The translations under genes were made by a program, and so were the position numbers. A stretch of 64,000 bases of DNA. Origin: Schizochytrium sp. TIO01. Its lineage: Eukaryota; Protista; Bigyra: Labyrinthulomycetes. Location of the stretch: contig SMSO01000004.1 of the NCBI GenBank assembly GCA_004764695.1, forward strand, positions 248,001-312,000, in the 5' to 3' direction. Shown here piece after piece: positions 57,301 to 64,000 of this stretch. The notes under the pieces were generated by a model, which had not been told where the DNA came from, ran no database searches, and saw only the letters and a program-made list of their open reading frames with translations. The first letter of the stretch is position 1; every line of letters starts with the position of its first letter.

Positions 57301-59908
57301 AAAGAAGAGTGAGTTTGTTGTCATTGTATTTTATAATTCTTTATACCCATAATTACAGCTATTTTTAGTTTTTGTTTTAACTTTATTGTTAATATAAAGC
57401 AAACAAGTAAAAATAGTGATAATTCCTCGTAACTTCAATCAACCAGAGGAAGACTCGAAGAGTTGAAGTTGTCCTTAATCCCGAGCCTGAAGAATAAACA
57501 CCTCTTTTGCTTGTTTCTTCATCCGTGGACAAAATTGTACACGTCAACCATCGCAGTCTGTGCCTTATTAGGTGGAAAATTAAAGTAAAGCGAACAGGAA
57601 AGAGAAGGAAAAAGAGAGGAAACTAGAAACTGCCCACTACGGCGGGAGCCTTATGAGTAAAGGATAAGAGGCACATAGGACCCCCCATAATACACCTGGT
57701 CCGCCGGGGAAGCACCACGAGTGGTTCATTTCAAGGTCGTTTCGGATGAATGAAAGAATGAAAGAATGAAAGAATGAACCAATGAGAGAATGCATCAATG
57801 AATCATCCCCTCGAAGCCGCGGAGAGCCGGGTCTGCCTGCCTCGAGCCTGCCGCGGGGTTCCTTCGAGCCTACCTCCCTCGCCGCCTCTTCGGCCGGGCC
57901 CGAGCTTTGCCAAGGCCCTGCGAACTTTGCTTTGGACTTTGGCCTCGAAACTCCGCTTAGGCACAGAGAGAGAGAGAGCCATCGGGACAACCCGCACCCC
58001 GGGTAAACTTTGCGCGCAATTATTAATAGTACTAACCGACTGTGTCCCTAGCTTGAAGATTTGCCGGGTAAAGGGGGACAAGCAGGGGAAGTTTCCCCGA
58101 TCCCATCTCGAGCGAAGGACTCCAAAGCAAAATCGCAATTTGGAGAAGAAGGACCTCAGCGCAGAAGAAGAGACGCGGGCAGGCAAACCGGCAGGCAGGC
58201 AGGCAGGCAGAGGACCGCAGCGCCACCCGCCCAGAGGGGCTCCGGGAGCTCGAAAAGAACTGGGTTCGGGAGGACTCATAGTATCTTCATAGTACCGAGT
58301 TTCGCTTTTTTTGAAAAAAGCGGAACAGAATCGATCCCTCATCCTCGCTCAGCAAAGCCTGAAAGCCGCGTTGAGCGAAGACGCCCACGCACGCAAGCAC
58401 GCACGCACGCACGCAGAGGGACTCGCACGCAGAGAGAAAGGCAGGCAGGAAGACCACCAACCGACCAGCCCCGCCGGCAGCAGCCTGAGCGGTCTCTTCG
58501 GAACGCCGCCTCGACCGCCACTTCGCTCGATTGGCGCTCTCCAAAACGGAGGGAGAGCCTTGGTAGGGTCCAGGTAAGGTAAACGGTAGGAGGTCGTAGG
58601 TCGCATTGGTGTCACTTCTTCGAGTTGAGCCGAGTTGAAGTTGAAGATCGATCGGCAAATCTGAAATCTGAACAGCTCGAGTTGGTCGATCTTCGCAGCG
58701 ACCTGAGGAGAGTTCGTGGAGCTTGTGTCTGGGCTGCATTGGGGAGAGATAGAGGGATTTTAGGCACAGAGGCAGCCGGCCAGGTGGTTGGTTGGTTGGT
58801 TGATTGCGTATTCTGCATCTGGGATTGATTGCTGCGAGGCAGAAGCAGAGAGTGCCGCGATTGATCAGCGGTCGACGCTGGTGGATCTGCGCGAGCTTGG
58901 AGCTTGAAGAAAAGTCCCCTCGCTGCTCGCGGTGACTGAGCGGCGGAAGGAGGCTTAAGTTGAAGTTCACTTTGACCCTGGGATCGATTGTAAATTTTAT
59001 TGCAAATTGGAAACCCCTATTCTCGAGAGGAAATTGACCATCCCTCCATCCCGCGGGACCTGGGCTCCCCTCTTTGAGGAAGCCACAACAAGCTGTAAAG
59101 CACACAAGGACCATTCTTTGGCACGCGACTGCCAGCTGCAAAGGAAGAGTAACGCCGCAGACGGTGTGGAGGCAGGAAATCAGAATTGGTAACCGTGGCT
59201 GAGCAGCCCAGCTCGCCTCAGGGTACTACCATCTTGCATCGCCATCAGCAGTTTCCTATAACCAGCATTGCCAAGATTGATCGTGGCTATCGCAGGACTC
59301 GACAAATACTTTCAACTCCAGAAATCTCTGTGAGTATTTATTTGCCCATCCCTCATTTTCTATTTGGGAGGGGGTCGGGTGGAGTTCCAGTTGTACTGTT
59401 CATCGTCTCGTAGTTGAGTGGCTAAGTGCTCTGAGGGTTGTGGGCTCTCGCTGCACGTGCTACTCACGCAGCCGCCTCTACGAAGGAACAACCGTTGAGA
59501 GCTAGTACGTGGAAAAAGGAGCGAGAGTGCATATTTTGAGCTCAAAGTGGAATACCTGCCATCATCTCAAGGGCACTTGGTAAAGCGCAGAGAAGCACGT
59601 CGACCAGCACGCCCCCAAGTGCGGATACTCTCTCTATTGAGAAGTAGCTGACTCGTACAGGTCATACACAGGGTCTGATAGAAGTGCACGCCTACCGCAT
59701 AGTTGGCACGTTAAAAAAAGAAAAGGAAAACAGAAAAAGAAAAAGAAAAAAGAACAGCCCAAGAGAACTGGGTAGTTACCAAACACAGTAGGAAGCTAAT
59801 CAAAAGTTTTCTCTGACGAAACAAACCCATAATCAAAAGGCAACCGCAAGGTTGATCTCAGAGGCAAACACCAACATATACATTTTAGGCGACGAGAAGC
59901 GGACAGTC

Positions 59909-60547
59909 ATGTTGCTCGTGAACTCTTTCCCAGATTCAAGCTTGAGCTTCGGCCCGCTGAGAAAGAAATCAAAAAACGCGTACTCTGGGACAAGGTCTGA
60001 AAGCAAGGGGAAAAACACAGAACTTGCGAACTCTGGGGGCATCTATTTGGGAGAAAAGCAGCCTTCGTCATCGCGCAGTCTTCGCAGTGTGCGAAATGCC
60101 GCAAGCGCTCTGGGAGATGCGGCCAAAACATCCATGAAACGCTTTGGAGGTAGTTCATCAAACACAGACCGCGCCATGAGGGCACGCACCTTTTCCAATT
60201 CATCAAGTTGCTCAACATCGTCTAACTCTGTTCTTGTGCTTCCAAAGCTCTCGACCACCTTTGAAAAGTCACGCCGCATGAATCGCCCAAGACGTAATGC
60301 AGTACATGAACGGATGAGTCCGAACCTAGTGCGTGCATTAAATGTTGATTTTCATTTTGAAGATGCTGACAATGACGACAATGATGACGACAACGATTAT
60401 GACCTCGTCGATGGCTTTTCACCTGTAACTTCTGCTTCTTCAGCTAGCACCGCTGAATCCTTTTCAGATTTGACCAGTGAAGCTACCGACCTTGGTAGTG
60501 GTCGTTTCGACGATGATGGTTTTGTTTCATACAGCGCGCAGTGGTAA
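59909..60547 (+). CDS. Hypothetical Ser-rich low-complexity protein (basic middle, acidic C-terminus)
   Basis: 231-codon open frame (first ATG 59909, possible acceptor cattttag at 59888); protein-like composition; no recognisable domain. Confidence 0.55.
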   Translation: MLLVNSFPDSSLSFGPLRKKSKNAYSGTRSESKGKNTELANSGGIYLGEKQPSSSRSLRSVRNAASALGDAAKTSMKRFGGSSSNTDRAMRARTFSNSSSCSTSSNSVLVLPKLSTTFEKSRRMNRPRRNAVHERMSPNLVRALNVDFHFEDADNDDNDDDNDYDLVDGFSPVTSASSASTAESFSDLTSEATDLGSGRFDDDGFVSYSAQW

Positions 60548-60990
60548 AGTAGTTCTCAACTTGTTATTCTCATACTGTACATTGCTCCATGGCGTAAACT
60601 CATGTTCTTGAGCTGGAAGTTCAATCTACTCTTATGCATAATTTTGACTTGCAGCGACCGTTACTATTCCTCGATTTGATTTCTTTGGTGGGCCATTGAT
60701 AGCAATTTATCGCGAATGGCAGCGGCTGCGCAATTTAATCATATCGTGTACATAAATTTAATTCTATATCTTACATCTATTTACTCACCTTGATTCACTC
60801 AATTACTCGCCGCCTTGTGAGTATAAGGTCTTGTTATCCTACACAAGATTCTACCATTTTCTTGACCAGTACTGGACAGCCAACGCTAGTGGCAGAGACA
60901 CCATCGAAACTCAATTGAATAAAGCACAAATTGTTCAGGATATGAGGAATGCATGGCTTGCCCTTCAACAAGCCCAACAGCAAGCAGCCA

Positions 60991-61034
60991 ACAATGACAA
61001 CAATGACAACAATGACAACAACAACAACAACAGC

Positions 61035-61120
<86 letters not shown>
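60991..61120 (+). repeat. (AAC)n trinucleotide expansion (poly-Asn in the open frame)
   Basis: Direct reading. Confidence 0.95.
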
Positions 61121-61122
<2 letters not shown>

Positions 61123-61197
61123 GAAGGGGTGGCGCTACTGGTATAAATGGTCAAGGTCCAGGAAACGGCGGTCAACAGACGCCACCGCCTGCACCTG

Positions 61198-61251
61198 GAG
61201 GGGCTGGCGCTGGTGGAGGGGCTGGCGCTGGTGGAGGGGCTGGCGCTGGTG
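61198..61251 (+). repeat. 18-bp tandem repeat GAGGGGCTGGCGCTGGTG x3
   Basis: Direct reading; encodes GGAGAG repeats. Confidence 0.9.
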
Positions 61252-61916
61252 GAGGTGGACGTGGAGACGGAATCCATAACGATGCCGCGCTAGCTCCTGG
61301 GAACATTATCAGCAATCTGAAAGATACTTTTATTTCAGTTGATGAAAACATCTTCGCAAACAAGCAGTCCGGTGGAGATTCTTTACGCCATGATGTGGTT
61401 GGCATGCTTCCCCTTAAGCATATTTGCATTGGTTTCCCTTGGGCTTCACGAAACACATCCCAGTGCAAGCACTCTAACTCCATAAATCAAAATGGCTATA
61501 AGCGGTATTGCTCTCGTGCTAAGAACCCTGGATAAGGAGAATCAATATGCCAAGGGGTATTTCAAAGATGAAATGAAGATGTACAGAGGCCCTCTTCGCA
61601 GTTTGCAAGGGCGTGTGCGCGCCCGACCTCTTTTACGCCAGGGATTTTACCAACGATCCGCCAATCCTTGTGACTTCTCGGGAGGAATCGCCACTGGCAA
61701 CCATGCCAGGAGCTGCATTGAAGCAAGCCTTTATCCACGAGGAGATGCGTAAGACGCTTCCACCCTGCACAAGAACGTGATCACACACAACAAAATATGT
61801 CTCACTGCTCTCCATGTAGCCAATTGCGATGCTGAGATGCAAATGCTTGAAGCTGTAATTGAAGAAATCGTGGAGGACGTTTGTTAAGCACAAAGAAAGA
61901 AAAGGTAAAGAAAGCA

Positions 61917-62050
61917 CAAACAAACAAACAAACAAACAAACAAACAAACAAACAAACAAACAAACAAACAAACAAACAAACAAACAAACAAACAAACAAA
62001 CAAACAAACAAACAAACAAACAAACAAACAAACAAACAAACAAACAAACA
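61917..62050 (+). repeat. (CAAA)n microsatellite, about 33 perfect units
   Basis: Direct reading. Confidence 0.97.
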
Positions 62051-63281
62051 TTCAGAAAATGGGAAAAGAAAAAATGAATTCTACCTTTTACAAAGAATGT
62101 ACGGAATAAATGACATCAAAAAGTCACTACTACGAAGTAGTAACTTGAGTAATAATAATACTAACAATAGTATTTTTTAAAACATCATTTATATTTTATT
62201 TAATAACTTGAATCGTGGTTTAGTTGCAAGGTCAAAGCAACTTGTGAATTAAGCCTGACTATACTTGGTTGTCCGAAAGAGGAAGGCGAGTAAAGATACA
62301 CACCGTCACTTTTCCATTATCTTTATTAGTTATCGCAGTCCGATTTAATGTGAGAGTATTAGTACTTGGGTGCGAACAATCGAAATAGACCATATGCAAA
62401 ACCTTACTACTGATTTCAAACTTTTGAGAAGGTACAGTACGGAGAGTATAAAACAAGGCACGTGCAAATAAGCGCACGGCCTGAATCCTATAACTTGTTC
62501 CATTGTCCATGGTCAGTTAGATTTAGCAACAGCATTTTGGAAGGTGAATGATACATGGCAAACGAGCAGGAACATCTGAAAACAGTCGCAACATGTGCGC
62601 GCAGCCTTTTGGCTTTTGCACTAGCTACGCAACGAGCCAGTTGTCCTTCGCTGAGTTTTCCTTTTCAAAGGATTTGGCCGGTATCGATGTCTTACTTAGA
62701 ATCACCAATTCTATGGGGCTTAAATCGAAATGTGCGTCTATTTCAAAAAGAAAGGAAAAGTGCAAGGTCCTTTATGATGGTATCTTCGTACCTACTCCGA
62801 AACATCGTAATTTGACGCAGCTCAGTCAGAGTAACTTAAGAATGAGACTTTCAATATTTGACGCTTCATTTTAAGTTCTGCCCCTCACAATGGGGATCTC
62901 AAAGCTGGGTTGCATAATTAGTTTTGCAGGGAGCGTCAATAGCGATCGTTTGATGCTCTATTTCCTACTTAATTACTAAGAGGGCTCCTTTATGTTGTTG
63001 CTTGCCCCTGCCTGGACAGAACTCAACGCTGTCCATGTTCATTGTCTAACTCAGAGCAGTTGCGTTGAACTTGCTTGTAATGATAACTTGCCGCAAATCT
63101 TCCAACTTAAGCACTTCGCTACACGAACCAAAGAGGGAGCCATAAAAGACAGAGCCCTAAAGAAAATCATGACTCCTGTCTTTATTGTCAACTTCTGGGC
63201 AATTCAATCCGTGGCCTCGTGGCCAAACTACAGCACCCAGCAATGCATGAATGGAATCTTGGAACAATAAGCAAATTGAGC

Positions 63282-63389
63282 GTGTGCTTATTACTGGGCA
63301 TGTGCTTCTTGCTGGGCGTGTGCTTCTTGCTGGGCGTGTGCTTCTTGCTGGGCGTGTGCTTCTTGCTGGGCGTGCGCTTCCTACTGGGC
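63282..63389 (+). repeat. 18-bp minisatellite GTGTGCTTCTTGCTGGGC x6 (terminal units diverged)
   Basis: Units at 63282, 63300, 63318, 63336, 63354 and 63372. Confidence 0.93.
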
Positions 63390-64000
63390 ATGTGCATTCT
63401 TGAATTCATGCGCGCTCAGAAAGAGAACCCAAAGTAAATAAGACAATACACTTCTAAATGTGCGTGAGCTTTTTCTTACAATGATGGCCATCGTTGTTTT
63501 TTCCTTTTTCTATTTCGAATATATATCAATTTATGATCTTCATTTATAGTGAAATATCACTCACAACGCAAATTATCAGATGGAGGAGAGGTCATCTATT
63601 GTACCAAGCAGAACCGTACTTTCGACTACGGAAAGTGTCGCTCTGAATATTTGATAGTAAATGTTTCTCTTGTTTAAATGGAAAGAATAAAACAAAGTGT
63701 GTATAGCCTGACCTAGGTACTAGCTAGGTACTAGCTAGCGTACCTACTACGTGCATAAGAGTGCATAAGAGTGCATCAGCAATTGTTTTCCCTCTAGGGA
63801 TTTTACCAATGCACAAGGTTTATGCAGAAAGAGAGAACTCTTCGTGTCTGTGTTAACCTTGGAATGATAACACTATGGTTCTATTACTTCAAAGAATCCT
63901 TTCACTTAGTATATCGCGCATATCCCTTCGGATAAGTAAGTAGTACACCACGAATCCGAGATTAAAGAAAGAGAAAAACCGATATTATGGTGCATAGCTG

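Larger units (their letters stand above)
60831..61890 (+). pseudogene. Disrupted coding-like region with poly-Asn and Gly/Ala repeats; identity unresolved
   Basis: 234-codon frame (TTG start) followed by protein-like frames after frameshifts and stops (LDKENQYAKGYFKDE..., ...EMQMLEAVIEEIVEDVC). Confidence 0.35.

Noticed and set aside
57637-59141. Overlapping 117-284 aa ORFs
   Set aside because: GC-rich sequence with GCAG/GCAC SSRs, open in several frames on both strands, no domain signal
63282-63389. CRISPR-like array
   Set aside because: Head-to-tail repeats without unique spacers, eukaryotic context, no cas genes

Overview
Eukaryotic genomic DNA. The nearly intronless genes, dense tetranucleotide microsatellites (AAAC, AATG, AATC, AACT) and gene content suggest a stramenopile protist, most likely a thraustochytrid (inference, not verified). 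Three parts are visible. (1) 1-10.9 kb is a microsatellite-rich region with no convincing CDS. (2) About 10.97-35.3 kb is a compact block of ten protein-coding genes: a double-length (pseudo-dimeric) tyrosyl-tRNA synthetase, a repeat/coiled-coil protein, a polycystin (TRPP)-like channel with a putative ubiquitin-like domain, an ELM1-family protein whose 3' end overlaps a PTEN/tensin-type pseudophosphatase, a CABLES-like cyclin-fold protein, a spliced CENP-S/MHF1, a long coiled-coil protein, a CXorf65-like protein and a tandem DJ-1/PfpI-like protein. (3) About 35-64 kb is gene-poor: GC-rich, TCGA-dense blocks alternate with AT-rich and SSR linkers. It holds a frameshifted restriction-endonuclease-like + protein-kinase pseudogene (Crinkler-type C-terminal architecture), a strongly CpG-depleted island, a Ser-rich ORF and a disrupted poly-Asn ORF. 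No rRNA, tRNA, CRISPR array or intact transposon was recognised. All family assignments come from motif recognition by eye; no database search was run.
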